DNA of 64,000 nt, from positions 21,394,848-21,458,847 of the forward strand of contig CM120643.1 in the NCBI GenBank assembly GCA_051362555.1. The letters are read 5' to 3'. This stretch comes from Lingula anatina. Its lineage: Eukaryota; Animalia; Brachiopoda. The notes beneath the pieces were generated by a model that worked only from the letters and a program-made list of their open reading frames with translations, was not told where the DNA came from and searched no databases. Position 1 is the first letter of the stretch, and each line of letters opens with the position of its first letter. The translations under genes and the position numbers were made by a program. Below are positions 1 to 12,945 of the stretch, one piece after another.

Positions 1-930
1 ATACGAAATATATATATTTTTACTTATTAACTGCAATATACGGATGGACATCTCTCCTCCCCTGAAATAGGTGAACGGTCATCGTTAATCTGTGTGTGCA
101 TTCGTCAGTGAAAGTGGGTAAACAAAAAAGGTATGGAAGTAAGGTAGGAAATCGAGCTCTGAAGTGAAAATTTGAGTCTTGAAATTAGTTTTACATAGAT
201 CTTTATTATTCAGAGTCTTAGTCAATGACATCAGTAACGCTAATTTAAAACAAACAAAGAGCCAGCTACCTAGCAGTGCCTTTAAATGTACTGTTCTAGG
301 TGGTTCTCATTAACTACAAAAATACACAGTTTAAGTTATTTATATTTATCTAAAGAATAAAATAATAATAATAATAATAGAATTTGAACACACAGACCTT
401 TTCTGGTCATCTCCATAGCCTCTAGGCAGAATTAAACCTTTGAAGTTTTCAAGAACTTTTCCCCAGCTTTGAATCGCACCTATAGCTTTCATGGGATGGG
501 TACCCGCTTTATATCTACCAACCTGAAGCCCCCAAGCACAACATTTGATATAAATAGCTGAAACTGTTTAGACTGAACAGCCACAGTTATCATCTGCATC
601 GAACAGTTTACTTAACGGTGCAGTTATTGAGGGTTAGATTAAATGATTTTTAAATTTTTTTGAATAATGATTCAGTACTTGTAAAATATCAGCATACCTA
701 CTTTACTGACCCACAAACAATGAGATGTTGCGCAAAAATATGCTAGGACCTTATTTTCTATAATTGGCTGAAGGCAATTTAAGGGTTACTTAATTGCTTT
801 ATATTTTCCGGTAACAATTGGGGGTCAGTTTTAGCGCGATGAGAAGTCCATCACTTCATAATAACCGATATGTAACAGTCGATATGGTCACTAAAACAGA
901 TCATTTTCAATTTAAATTGTGTGTGTGATA

Positions 931-969
<39 letters not shown>

Positions 970-3900
970 AAGAAGAAGTTCCCTTTAACATCCAGGCTGT
1001 CTGGCAAATTCCACACACCTTGAACGCGTCATTGCGCTCATCACATCTGACAGCACAAGGGCAAACATCTTCCTTGTTAAAACACACACAAAAAAAATAT
1101 GGTTTCCCCGGGAAACACTGCACGTCTGATCCAAGGAAGTACAATTGTCCCCTTCCTTGATGAGAAGAAGAGGGATGAATTTTTCGGTTATTTTTTTTCT
1201 TCATGTGATATGTGGACATTAGGAAAAGCCTAAAAAGGTTTATTTTCTTACCCCTATTATGTTGTGAATTACGAAATTAAAACAATTAAGAAACAGTGGT
1301 ATATAACATCATAACATTCTGAAAGGCAGTTGGCCATTCGAGGCACTGTTTATCCACCATATGGTTCTAATTCATAGCTAGAAAAAACTGATTACTGACA
1401 ACATGACGCATTTCACTATTTCTCGAAAGCATACGAAGCCTTTTATCATTGCCACCGCCATAATTAATTAAAAGAAGTCAGGATATCAAACTCCACCTTC
1501 CAAAGGTACAGCATGTAGAGGAAAGGTGGAAAAAGTCTTCTGCAAGACTTCATTAAAACTTCACATGGTTTAACCGGTATTAGTTCAACTGTCAAGAAAA
1601 AAACTGTTGATAGCATCTCAAACCATCTGCGCGGTAACCTAAACTACGATGTTCCCTTCTCATGCTTTGAAATTTCTAATGCAAAACCATCTCCATAGAA
1701 TCCGATGAAAAATGCGCCAAACGTACCTCCAAATAAACATGCCTATGATTAGCTTTTATTTTTTTAAGAGTGTGCGTCATAACAGATCCAGAGCCACCGT
1801 TAAGTGTCATCACCCTGTGTAACTTTCAAACTTATAAATGTGACCCCCCCCCCCCCCCTACTCAGCATATACGTCGGAGTCTCTTGTCAGAGGTGAATTA
1901 ACATAGTCTGATACTCGGGGTGATTATCGTACACGTGGAACGAAAAATAATTGCTTTTTGGTGTAAAATCGTTGGCGGCTACACTGTATATGTACATGTT
2001 CCCCAGTGTTTATACGGAACGGTAATTAGTAATGCTGGTACAAGACACTGACATCAGGCAATGCAAATGCTGAAATACACCTAGCAGAGAAGGGATGAAA
2101 GGTACCGGCCTCTCTGGCTTGGCATTTGGTTTTCTTGAGTATGTAATATCGCCGAGGGGTAAACGCTACTAAATGCATCACTTTGCTTATCTAGAAGGAC
2201 TGCAGTATGTAATGGGGGATTCTGTCATAATATCTGTAGTACTGAATTATTCTTGTCTTCCACGTCTTCAGAGGTTGCAAGAGAAAAATGTATCCATTGG
2301 AGCAACGGAAAGAAAATCCCGCAGTTAAACAAACGAACAAAAATTGATAGCAGTAACAAACGGTTGTCAATGACTAAGAAGATACAGTGTAGGCATATGC
2401 CTCTCTGGATAATAACTTTGGGCGCTTATTCCTCCCGAGATCGATCAGTAAGCCCTAGAATAACCATCACCCTGGAAGTCTCACCACCAAACGTGCGTGA
2501 CTCTCCTCTACCCAACAACGACTCTACGGCAACTACTACTACGCTCAGTGGTGACGGCTATCGCACAATACTAAGGTAATGTAACATACCACGTGGAATA
2601 TCCGAACCGCCCTCTTCCTTCTCTTCTTTCTCAAGGTCTTCCATTTCCAGTGTTAGTCTGGGGTGCTGTGTCATTTCGACTGCGTTGTGCCCTCCGACGA
2701 CATATGCTTCGTTACAAACAAGGGGTCTGGAAGCTAAAAGGGAACGAACAAATTTAGAGAAGAAATTTTATGTGGAGCACCAGACAAACCACGTGTCTTG
2801 GAGCAGCTTACATGTTCGAACATTGGAGGATGCGTCTATTGCATTGAGTGCCCGCGGTTAAATGGGCCCCTAGGCTAAATATACATTGGCGTGAAAAGTG
2901 GACTGGAAGAAATTTCCGGACCTGTGAACAATGTTATGGTACTTACTGGTCATTGGCCTATGAGGATTCAAATTTTAAAAAAAACCAAAAAAAAAAACCA
3001 AAAGATGTTTGTGTGTTGTGTGTGGACTGTGTGTGTGAGTGTGTGTGTGTGTGTGTGATATCTTTCTTGAAGTTAACTTGGTTTTACGGTTGGTTTTATT
3101 ACTTAAGTGAACAGTTGCGTGCATTCCATATTGCGTAAAATGCCATTATGAACAGGCGTGTTAATACATGTACTACCATTTTTAATTATACACGTCTTTT
3201 GAATGAAATCAGATTATTAGGATGCTTAACAGAACTAAATCCAGCATATGATTTCCAAGCACGGGATACTCACATTACAATCCAATCCTAGCTTTCAACT
3301 GAGTTCCCTACTGTCTTTTCTCTCGATTTGTAGATCTATATTTAAAATTACTTTAACTACTACCTGTACACCTTTCCATTTTTCAGCAAGAGAGTTTTAG
3401 CAAGCGCAATATAACGTCTTCTGATACACTGCATAGAGATATAGGGATATAGCACCGATATAGGTGAATCGACGCCAGTTGCCTAACTACTCATGGCAAC
3501 GGGCTCCTACAAGTTAAGAGATACCAGACACTGCTTCTGTTCCAGCACTTCTTGATCTACTAGCTGGGCTAAATATTCGCTTTCTGGAGTCACTCACAAA
3601 CAATGGGCTAGGCGGTAAGACATATCAGATGTTTCGTTGGCAGAACACTTTGTTTATACAAACTCCGTGACCGGTTATTTTTCTTGCTTATTAAAAAAAA
3701 AAAGGAAAGAAAAATCTTCATATTAAAGGACGAAGTGGGACCAGAATTTTTCAAATTTGGGGTCAGTTTACAGGTAAAAAATAAAAACAATGTGGTCTCG
3801 CAAAAGCTGCATTTAGATGTTTAAGGCACTCAAGTTCATGGGAGTGTATTTTTTGTTGATGTTGGATGAAAATATCCCGCACACGTGAACCATGTGGACC

Positions 3901-4999
3901 TATTTATTTTGTAATCGATCCAAATGAGTGTAGAATAACTGTGCAAGTGTTTTTGTTAAAACAAAAAGCTGCTTCCAACAGCTAAATGGGTGATATCCCC
4001 CTCACAAAACCAACAAAAACAGAACTCATTTTAATTTACAATCATCAAAACTTCGTCTCTTTTAATATCATTGTTAAATCTACTTTAATTTTAAATTGAA
4101 ACCATAGGTTGCAGGGGTGTTGAGAGCGAAAGTGGTTATGGTGCAACTTTTGTGGATTTATAATAAATTGAAGTATAGTTAAAACATATATCAAACCAAA
4201 CAAAAAAGTAAAATTGTGTAAGTCACGTGACCAGCGTATAACGCAGGCAGCACTCGGGTAATTCCGTTCACAGCTGACGGTCACAAATGCGGTCACAAAT
4301 TGCTAGCTTTTCGTTATCTATATATATACATTTAGATATATTTACAAGTATCTCTTAATTAGTATTAATTGATTAAGACTGTAGACAGAAGGGACAATAT
4401 GATATTGAGAAAAGGTTAACTGGTGGCGCTGTTTATGATACCCACTCTCCCTCAAAGTCCCAATGGATCTTCTTTCCGTTCTTCAAAACGTTGTGGAAAG
4501 TGATGTATCGGAAGCTATTTGAGGCACCTGCTCTTTTGCCTCGCTTTTTCGCCTTCAATATTACTCGGTGATATGGGTGATAAACGCGGTCTCAGTTCGG
4601 AGGGCGGCACCTGCTGTTATTCATTCTCATGAGTTCTTACATGTAAAGGGAGCGTTCAGGTGAAACTAAATCATCATTCCAGCCTCATCTATTAATAGCT
4701 TTCGCTTCTTATAGTACCTTTAAACCGTTAAGCAGCAATTAACACACATGTACCAAATGATGATGTATGGTATGGATCCACTTTCTAGGTAATGTTTAGA
4801 GCTGTTCGTTATTATGCCTGCTGTATATATAAAGCAAATGTACAAATGCATATATAATAAAATGAGTATGGGAATTCAAAGTTACGGTTTTCTCAAACTG
4901 TTTAAATACCAAATGCAATATACTCAATGTAATACCATGATGTTCTGCCTGAAACCGGGGAGGAATTTCAACCGTTTCAGCGACTGATTCAAGGGGGTT

Positions 5000-5001
<2 letters not shown>

Positions 5002-5068
<67 letters not shown>
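5002..5068. repeat. (TA)n microsatellite
   Basis: Uninterrupted TA run; a similar run lies at 38007-38068. Confidence 0.95.
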
Positions 5069-5071
<3 letters not shown>

Positions 5072-6171
5072 TTGGTTGAAAGACTTAAAATTAAACGTCA
5101 TCTTCCAGGTGGTAGTAGACTTAAATAGAAGTTACAACTGAGAAAGAAAATCAAGCTTACCCCAGCTGACACACTTTTGGTCTAATCCAGATTTTTCTGC
5201 CATTCGAGTATAGAAATTAGAATGAACACTGATATATGCCTATCTCGACTATATTCTAACAGTTCACATGTCCTGTTTGAGAAAAGATATGGTACTACTT
5301 CAGTAGCCACGGTCTTCAAATAAACATTGAAGTAAATTACCGTAGCGGTCATGCACTGGTAGGCAACATTCGGCGTGCATTGGCGTCGACCGTGTAGAAC
5401 CTCTTTAGTGTCTAGCACTTATTGCCGACGTTAGATATACATATTATATGCTTTGTGTTTGATGATATTTTTGCCCGAAGTATTCATCCACAAAGAGTGC
5501 TAACACTTGCAACTCCTTATTTACTGCCTTACATACATTCTTTTGGGTAATAAATAAATCTTCAGTGCTCAGTGACTAAATTAATAAACATTTACACATA
5601 TGTCATCTTACGAGTGACGTCATTATTGCAATTATGGGGTAACAACGGAAAAATCGGTTTCTCAAATTTCTCTTTTACCTGAGCACCCACGATCGCCGTT
5701 TTAAAGCAAATTTAATGACACCTTAATTTAAGTACTCCAAAACCCTGCCAGCGATTTTTCTTATAGGTATAAGTTAAGTTTTTAATCGTTGATAAAGCAA
5801 AATAATGCCTTAGTTTAATAAAAATCTGTAATTAGGGACTTATACCTTCTATTCAGAACGAAAACATTTAAACCAAACTGACGGCAAGGAATTGTAACCT
5901 ATACTTTCCTGGTCAAATATGCCCATTTTTGTGGTAAAATCTTGTTCAGGGATGAAGTTAAGCACCATACAGATTGCAATCTCACCTCAAAATAGAAAGG
6001 TGTCAAATCGGCGATAAAAGCTTTGATTTGTCTCTGCTTATACATTGCAACGAAAAAATATAAACGCCGATATTTCATATTTTCGAGGTTTTTTTTCATT
6101 GTTTTAGAGATTCCTTCTACTCCCCCTTCTACGTCGCAAGACGTACAACAGTGTACGTATGTGCGAGTATG

Positions 6172-6252
6172 AATATCATGGGTAAAGCCAAAATTAATCT
6201 TAGTATAAAACAAACTCCCAGTTCCGTGTTGGGTTCTCAAACACGCACGGCT
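6172..6252 (+). repeat. 81-bp direct repeat, copy 1 (copy 2 at 7577-7657)
   Basis: AATATCAtGGGTAAAGCC...CAAACACGCACGGCT, near-identical; ends in a CCGTG..CACGG hairpin. Confidence 0.9.
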
Positions 6253-6425
6253 CCCTGTACATCATGAATTTTACCGTTCATGATAAACCGTGGACGGGGA
6301 CTGGGGTTGCGTGGGATGAAATGCGGCGCGCGGATTATCGATCGGGAAAGCAGATATACAGATGTACATCCAACCTGGACATGTCCGTGGCAAGGTTGAA
6401 AGTTTCCATCCGATCTTTTCTTATC

Positions 6426-6523
6426 GACGAAGCTGACGTGGCTCCGTGGTAACTTGGCTGTCTCTTGTGTTGACAGACGCTGGTACGCTGGTTCGAGACC
6501 CAGCAGATATCGTAATTTTTTTT
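6426..6523 (+). ncRNA. Candidate Pol III type-2 small RNA (vault-RNA-like or tRNA-derived)
   Basis: A-box-like TGGCTCCGTGG (6439-6449) followed by TAACTT, internal hairpin CTGTC..GACAG, B-box GGTTCGAGACC (6490-6500), T8 run 6516-6523; imperfect 5'/3' pairing ACGA..CTG / CAG..TCGT. Confidence 0.45.
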
Positions 6524-6585
6524 CCAGATCTGTAAAATTCCGATAGGTAACTATAGGAGGAAACTCGTACGTATGGCGGGTGGGC

Positions 6586-6783
6586 GGGTCTGTCACGGCG
6601 CAGTCGGTAGCGTGTTTGGGTGCAAATGAGGTACCCAAAGCGCAATCAACCGTGGCAACGCAAAGTCACGAGTTCGAATCCCGGATGAGGCACGACAGTC
6701 CATCACGACAACGACCGGGACCTTGAATCGGGATGGCACGAGAACGAATCTGGGCTCTCGTAGGTCCTAGCAAATTACCTTTT
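6586..6783 (+). ncRNA. Candidate Pol III small RNA or tRNA-derived SINE head
   Basis: A-box-like CGGCGCAGTCGG (6596-6607), B-box AGTTCGAATCC (6671-6681), panhandle GGTCTGTC/GACAGTCC, hairpin TTTGGGT..ACCCAAA, TTTT at 6780-6783. Confidence 0.45.
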
Positions 6784-7576
6784 GCATAAAAACACGGTAT
6801 ACTTTAGAAAGTTTACATTAAGGCGAGCATATTGCTGGTCATAAGAAAAAACTCTGCGTCGTCAATGATATTTCCTTTCTCTTCAGTTAAAAGTACTTAG
6901 ATTGGTGCCACAGATCTCGTACTTAAATTGAGCAAATTCGTACACCGTATGTACTATTTTTCATCATAATGTGCTTTCTTTTCGGAAGGATTATCAGAGA
7001 GAAAATTTCTATTGTTTAACAAAAGTCGCGTCGCCTCTATTGCTTTTAACAAGAACGCATTGTGTCTTTTCATGACCCTCTTATCCTTTCTTGCACCCTT
7101 GCTTCTCAAAACTGTTCATATGTTCATACAGTACCCGGGGCAAGTCCGCAGTCGACATTTGAAAGAAGAAAGACTGCTCAATACCAAAACCGCCCAGGTG
7201 TGAACAGCTGTGGACCTCATCGTGCTGTATATCGTCAAAGGTGAAAGCAAACGTTATCTCGGTGCAAAACAAAATGAAAATAAAAGCATCTGAAGTCATC
7301 TAACTAGAAACTTTCCGAGCAGGCCTGTCGATGAAAGCCAACGAACTTGAATTGATGCAGTAGCTTTTTCCGGTAAATCAGCACGTCCTACCACCTGTTA
7401 ACCGTGTTCAGCAGAAAAAAAATGATATCATCTCGGTGGAATTATTCGCAAAATATGTTTTATTCAAAATTCCCATCGCTGCAATTGCTTATATGGAAAT
7501 CGCACCAGTAACTAAACATTTGAATGTTTTTTCCCTCTCTTCTTAGGGTTTCGCTAAAACTAAAACACGCCTCTTT

Positions 7577-7657
7577 AATATCAAGGGTAAAGCCAAAATT
7601 AATCTTAGTATAAAACAAACTCCCAGTTCCGTGTCGGGTTCTCAAACACGCACGGCT
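7577..7657 (+). repeat. 81-bp direct repeat, copy 2
   Basis: Near-identical to 6172-6252. Confidence 0.9.
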
Positions 7658-8540
7658 TCTTTATTATGTGCGAACCACGCCAAATACAGCAATACTAGAT
7701 TTGAAATACGCCCTCTAAACTGATGCCATCGCATTAGGAACCTGCCTCAACTGATGCAACCAGTCGCACTTTTGTATGCAATTTGGCCAGGGTACAAACA
7801 CAATATATAGTTTGATAACCTACGAATAAATAAATTTTGTGGGGTTGCAAAACGACCAGATTGCAAGAGGCGACATATAAATAGGCAACTACAGGTTTCA
7901 TCATGACTCGCGGTTCTCGTCTGATTAGGGGTTTCAGAGAAGCAATGATCTCGAGATGGAAGAGCAATCTTTGTGGCCTGATACCAACTCTAGTCCTACG
8001 GATCAACAGTAAGACGAATTTGAATAGACGCACAGGAGAATAGAAAAACCCTCTAAATAATCTAGAGAAACCCCTTCAAACTCTACAAGAAGAATGGAAC
8101 AACGCCCTTCAAAACATATTTGGGATCCAACAACGTAGCTTAAAGCATGTGCTTCGCCGCCTGTGGTCGACACACGGTTTTTGTCTCGTGAAATTTGGTG
8201 CTGTTATTTCAATAAAATGAACTTTTTCACTTGTGGAAACCACTGTAGAATATCATATTTGAGTTGGTGTATGATAAGTGATAAATCTAAAAACCTTCAC
8301 AGGTGTTTTGTTTTTCTGTACCATGAACCACGTTAGATACACGCAATTTTTTATTTTATTTTATTTTATTTTAACTTATTTATTTATTCATTTATTTTTG
8401 CCTGCGTATGATTTATTATATAATTCATCAAGGTGGTTTCTGTGCAACAGATGGCTTACATCATCTTGAGCATGCGCTATCGTGTGCCACACCAACTACC
8501 TACACGAGACTGAAAACAAGGTTTACTCAGAGCAGATGCA

Positions 8541-8913
8541 ATGCGTGGTCTTCGACTGATTTATATTTTTACTTTATTTGCATTGACAGGATACTTTATC
8601 TTAGTTTTACGCTTTTTTTATATTAGGACACATGCACAAGGTAAGTAACACCTTATTTACTGCAAACAGACTTTTGATATACTCTATTATGATATTTTAC
8701 CAGATGATATGCAGATAGCTTAAGAATTAAAGGATTTTCAGATTTTAAGTTGTTGTTTTTAGACTTTCAATTGACTATATTTCAACAAAATATGATTTTT
8801 TTATGCAGATAGCTTAAGAATTAGAGGATTTTCAGATTTTCAGTTGTTGTTTTCAGACTTTCAATTGACTATTTTTCAACAAAATAGGATTCTCTCTCCC
8901 TCCCCTCTCCCCT

Positions 8914-8953
<40 letters not shown>

Positions 8954-10126
8954 GAAATTGTGTCTGCAGTCTTTCATGTGAGATCACCCTTGTGAACAAA
9001 AAATTATTATGTACTTTTTTTTTCATTCACTCAAGGACTATACAGAGGGTATCTGTATGATAGTAATGTGTTTCCTGTATCAAGAGACGCAGATGCATGG
9101 CCCAGTAAACAGAATATGAACTCTAGTTCTCAAGTATTCCCTTTGCGGTATAATGAACCAAGGAACATCACGGCATGCGAGCCTCGAAAGCACATCGTCT
9201 ATCTAAAAACTACCAAGTGCTTTTCAACCACATTTCATCATATTATGAAGCGTTTCGCGCTCAAATACGATCTGAACATCCTGAAGCCGAAAGCTAAAGG
9301 GCATTTTTATCCGACAAAACCGCTCCGCCCGAGGCGGATCACCAAGGAAGATGCCCTCTACAAACCCAGAATGACATATGATATGATTGTGGATCATATG
9401 GTATTTGACTACGATGTCGTCAGTAGTATGATGCCGTTAGATTCGTTTTATGTCGGAGTTGTCCGAGAACCTTTTTCTCAGTTCACGAGTGCCTACAACT
9501 CATTTTCTTTGTGGACTAAATTTAATGTCCAAATTGACGAATTTCTCAGTGCCCCAGAAGCGTACTGGAAACAACACGTGCGGCAAAGAGATAGAGCGAC
9601 ATACGCCAGAAACAGTATGATGGCCGAATTTGGGTTTCCAGACGAGAGAGAAGATCTTAGAGATAACGAACCCTTCATTGAACATTACGTTCATTACCTC
9701 GATTCCAAGTTCGATTTTGTGCTTGTTACGGAGTATTTTGACGAAAGTTTGATTTACCTGAGGCGTCTTTTGTGTTGGGAAATGGAAAATGTGTTGTACG
9801 TGCCGGGAAATGTCGGATCGTACACGTTTGAACCAAAGACCGTTGCCAAGTCGTCTTTTTTGTTGACACACCAAAAGTGGAGCAAAGCAGACTATTATTT
9901 GTATCGCCATTTTTTGGCTAAATTCAAAGAGACTCTAAAGCATCAAGGGCAAAATTTTTTTGACGAAGTTGAAATATTCCGCAAAGCCCTGAGCAAGATC
10001 AAAAAATGTGGCGGCGTAGAATATGTCAAAATAGATGGAACGGGCTATCGGGGTCTCACTTATTCTCGACACACAAAAATAAACTGCATACCAGGTGGCA
10101 TCTTCATCCCCATATCTAGTACATGA
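8541..10126 (+). CDS. Galactose-3-O-sulfotransferase / galactosylceramide sulfotransferase-like Golgi type II membrane protein (~396 aa, 2 coding exons)
   Basis: Exon 1 8541-8640 (MRGLRLIYIFTLFALTGYFILVLRFFYIRTHAQ, hydrophobic anchor, ends AG|GTAAGT, phase 1) splices in frame to exon 2 9036-10126. Motifs YLKTTKCFSTT (5'-PSB-like, family KTHKTASST), REPFSQFTSAYN (3'-PB), FDFVLVTEYFDESLIYLRRLLCW and WSKADYYLY are typical of Gal3ST. Confidence 0.88.
8709..8891 (+). repeat. Two tandem copies of a ~94-bp unit in the sulfotransferase intron
   Basis: ATGCAGATAGCTTAAGAATT...TTCAACAAAATA at 8709 and 8803. Confidence 0.85.
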
Positions 10127-10421
10127 ATGGTGGACATTCTTAAAAAGGAATATGTAAAAAAGGCAGTACAAAATTATTTGTTCACTTGTCCGCAAATAGA
10201 CAAGTATCAACAATGTTAAGCGCCCTTAAACCTTAGAACTAACGCCTTTAAAGACACGTAAGGCATGTTCTACAGTTTTATTGTTGTGAATTATCAAAAT
10301 GCGGTAAATTTTGAATTAAACTTATCTCAATCATAGTGTTTGTTTAAAATATAACACTATAATGTACCACATAGAATGAATTGATCAATCAACAGTTTAA
10401 TAATTGACTTATCCCCCACTA

Positions 10422-10808
10422 CTTCTTCTTCTTCATGTGCCATCACCGATTCGGTGTTTGACGAACGATGATATTCGGCCAAAGGGTTCTATTTCTCGCC
10501 CATGACGAAAGGTGTCTTGTTGGTAAGTCAAAATTGTCAAGAAAGGATTTTCGATGTCTGCCTCGGGCACTTTTGCCAGGTATTCTTCCGCTCAGGCTAA
10601 GATCTTCTAATCCCTCTTTTCTGATGCAATGTCCCAAGAACTTCAGTTGTCTTTCTCTGACAGTGTTGAGAAGCTGTCTTTTTTGATCAATCTGTTTAAG
10701 GACCTCTTCATTTGTAACATGCTCAATGTAGGAGATTCGGAGCATTCGCCTGTCGAACCACATTTCAGCTGCTTCAATGTTACGTTGAGTTTCTGCTGTC
10801 AAAGTCCC
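10422..10808 (-). mobile_element. 5'-truncated RTE-clade (BovB-like) non-LTR retrotransposon 3' end
   Basis: ORF 10443-10802 with AAEMWFDRRMLRISY..VTNEEVL..RQLKFLGHCIRK..GRIPGKSARGRHRK..W..IV is the typical RTE RT C-terminus; (GAA)n tail at 10422-10434. Confidence 0.85.
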
Positions 10809-11960
10809 TCACTGCTACTCAATTGCAAATGTTATCCAATCAGTCCAGGGTACCTTCTACCCCTAGCCTAATCATAAAGTTCCAAACAAAAAAGTCCGCG
10901 TTCTGCAAAAAGATAAAAAAAATGTTATTTCACCAAAAAAAAAAAAAAAATGCTTAAAAGGTGTCAATGAGTCTTTCAAACTTGGACGATCGTTTCTCTA
11001 AATTTCTAAATGTAACCAATGTTTGAGAAAAGCCATGTCTCACAACGACTGGTCTTTAATTCTATTTTATTCCCAGTTGATATGGAAGTTCAACTGTACA
11101 CCGAATCAATTGAAGGTATATCCAAAGAAGGATTTTTATACCAAAACTCATATTCTACTAATTATCCCAGGGTAAACGGCTCACACCCCCCCCCCCCCCC
11201 CATTATCCAATCTTTAATCTTCCTTTCCTGACACTCACCATAACTCTGTAAAAATTTTCGAAAAAAACAAATATCAAAACCTGCGATCAAGCAGAGGTTT
11301 TTCAGATACGCCATTCGCACATTCAAGCTATTACTCAATTTCCAGATATCGTGCCGTGAAGCGCGCTACTTTTAAACTGTGTCAAGCTTAAAACCACTAC
11401 CGAGGTTGCAGGTTGGCAGGGAACGGTGAATATGATTATTTTAAGGCCATTTATCTGTCATTTTATGTTTAAAAAGTTTAATTAAAATTGCTCTCAGATA
11501 AGTTCAACAAGAAGCGATCCATGCATATAGAATCCGTTTTAAATTCTACATTGGAGGTCTTTAATATAAGTGTACCGCTCGGTGATAAAAGAATTTATGA
11601 GTTCTTTTTTATCCCGTAAACTGCAGAAGCACGAGTAAAAGCAGATGATTCTCAAATGAAAGAATACTTTCTAGTTCCATTGGCGGTTAGTGGGGGGAGT
11701 TAGGGGGGGGGGGGGAGGGGGGGATAGAACCCCCTTTTTGCTGGGAAAAGGTCCCCTCTGGGTAAAATTTCATCTAGGTACATAAAGGTTTCATAGTAAA
11801 GGGTCCACTTTTCCAGAAAAAAAAACCTTTTGAAATTGCTGGCAACGGGCATGGTTGTCATCTTGAGTTGTGACATCATGACGCTAAAAACAAAAGAAGG
11901 TGCTTCCCAGGTTTCTTTAAATTGCTTCAACATTTCTCATGGCAATTTTCATAAATACAG

Positions 11961-12080
11961 TTTTTCAAGCTGGAAACAAGCAGAAATGACAAAAATTCAG
12001 GTTTTGTACTATAAGCATCAACCATAAAACCTTTGCCTGACGGGGGCTCAGCCAAATTGGATTTTTGGCCATCGGCTCAT
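11961..12080. mobile_element. Degenerate remnant of the terminal region of the 16268-21893 element family (duplicate at 15111-15230)
   Basis: TTTTCAAGCtGGAAACAAGCAGAAATGA..AAAACCTTTGCCTGACGGGGG..CAGCCAAATTGGATTTTTGGCC..GGCTCAT matches 21768-21887. Confidence 0.75.
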
Positions 12081-12945
12081 ATATGCGAAGTTGTACAGTG
12101 AATTGAGCTTTTGCTGAATACTTGGCAATTTGTTCAACGTAACACTTGAATAATTCATCGCAAGCCATATGTTCACAGGCTACCAGCATTATAGGCTTCC
12201 ACTTAGATACGGCTTGTAAAGGTAATGCAAATTTTGAGTATACATTTTTAATTTACTTCACCCCAAGTGACAGTGCACTGTCAGATCTAACTGTATTCAC
12301 GCCTTCATTGTTCCCCAGTTTGATCATTTTATTTAATCCATTAAAAACGTAACAAAAACGTTGTTTTTTATTTACTAGCTATGTACACAAAACCGTGCCC
12401 AAACAGTCGGCTGGGTCTGGCAAGAACATATCTAAGAACATGAATACCCCTTGGCCCAAAGGCAAGAACCCTTCAGGCTGCAGGTATAATCATCACACAA
12501 AGAAAATGCATTTATGACATAATTTTACAAGTAGGACATAGTATCACACAGCACATTCGATAAATAGGCCAATATTCAATACAAAAAAGTGTTCATCAAT
12601 CCATCTCGTCAATAACAAGGCAAGATGACTAATATTTTATTGCTAAATTAGTCATTGTCAAAACGTCATTCAAAAATGCCAACTTCAAACCGAAATATAC
12701 AATCAATACATGATATAGCGAGAGTAGCCTTGTCTTCTGTCTATACCAACTGCGACCATATCATTTGCAAGAGACAACATTTCATTGATTACAAAAATGA
12801 TCATGAGTAAATACAGGGGGGCGGTTGCTCAGATTTTTACAGGTTTTAAAGCTTCTAATTTGATTACAAACTCGATTCAGACTGCACCGATATAATTATC
12901 GACTGAAATACCACCGCAATATGTGAATACTTCATGAAATATTAA

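Noticed and set aside
851-1219. Short ORFs with poly-F/poly-K, (YI)n or (CV)n tracts here and elsewhere
   Set aside because: They are translations of homopolymers and microsatellites.
6586-6695. Functional intron-containing tRNA-Cys gene
   Set aside because: A and B boxes are present, but the acceptor and T stems pair poorly and no canonical 7-nt anticodon loop forms.
7975-7990. LTR retrotransposon primer-binding site (TGGTATCAG on the minus strand)
   Set aside because: Match is short, not preceded by an LTR-ending CA, and no gag/pol ORF is nearby.
10127-10440. SECIS for the sulfotransferase TGA
   Set aside because: No ATGA..AA..GA hairpin was found by eye and the TGA is not at a known catalytic Cys.
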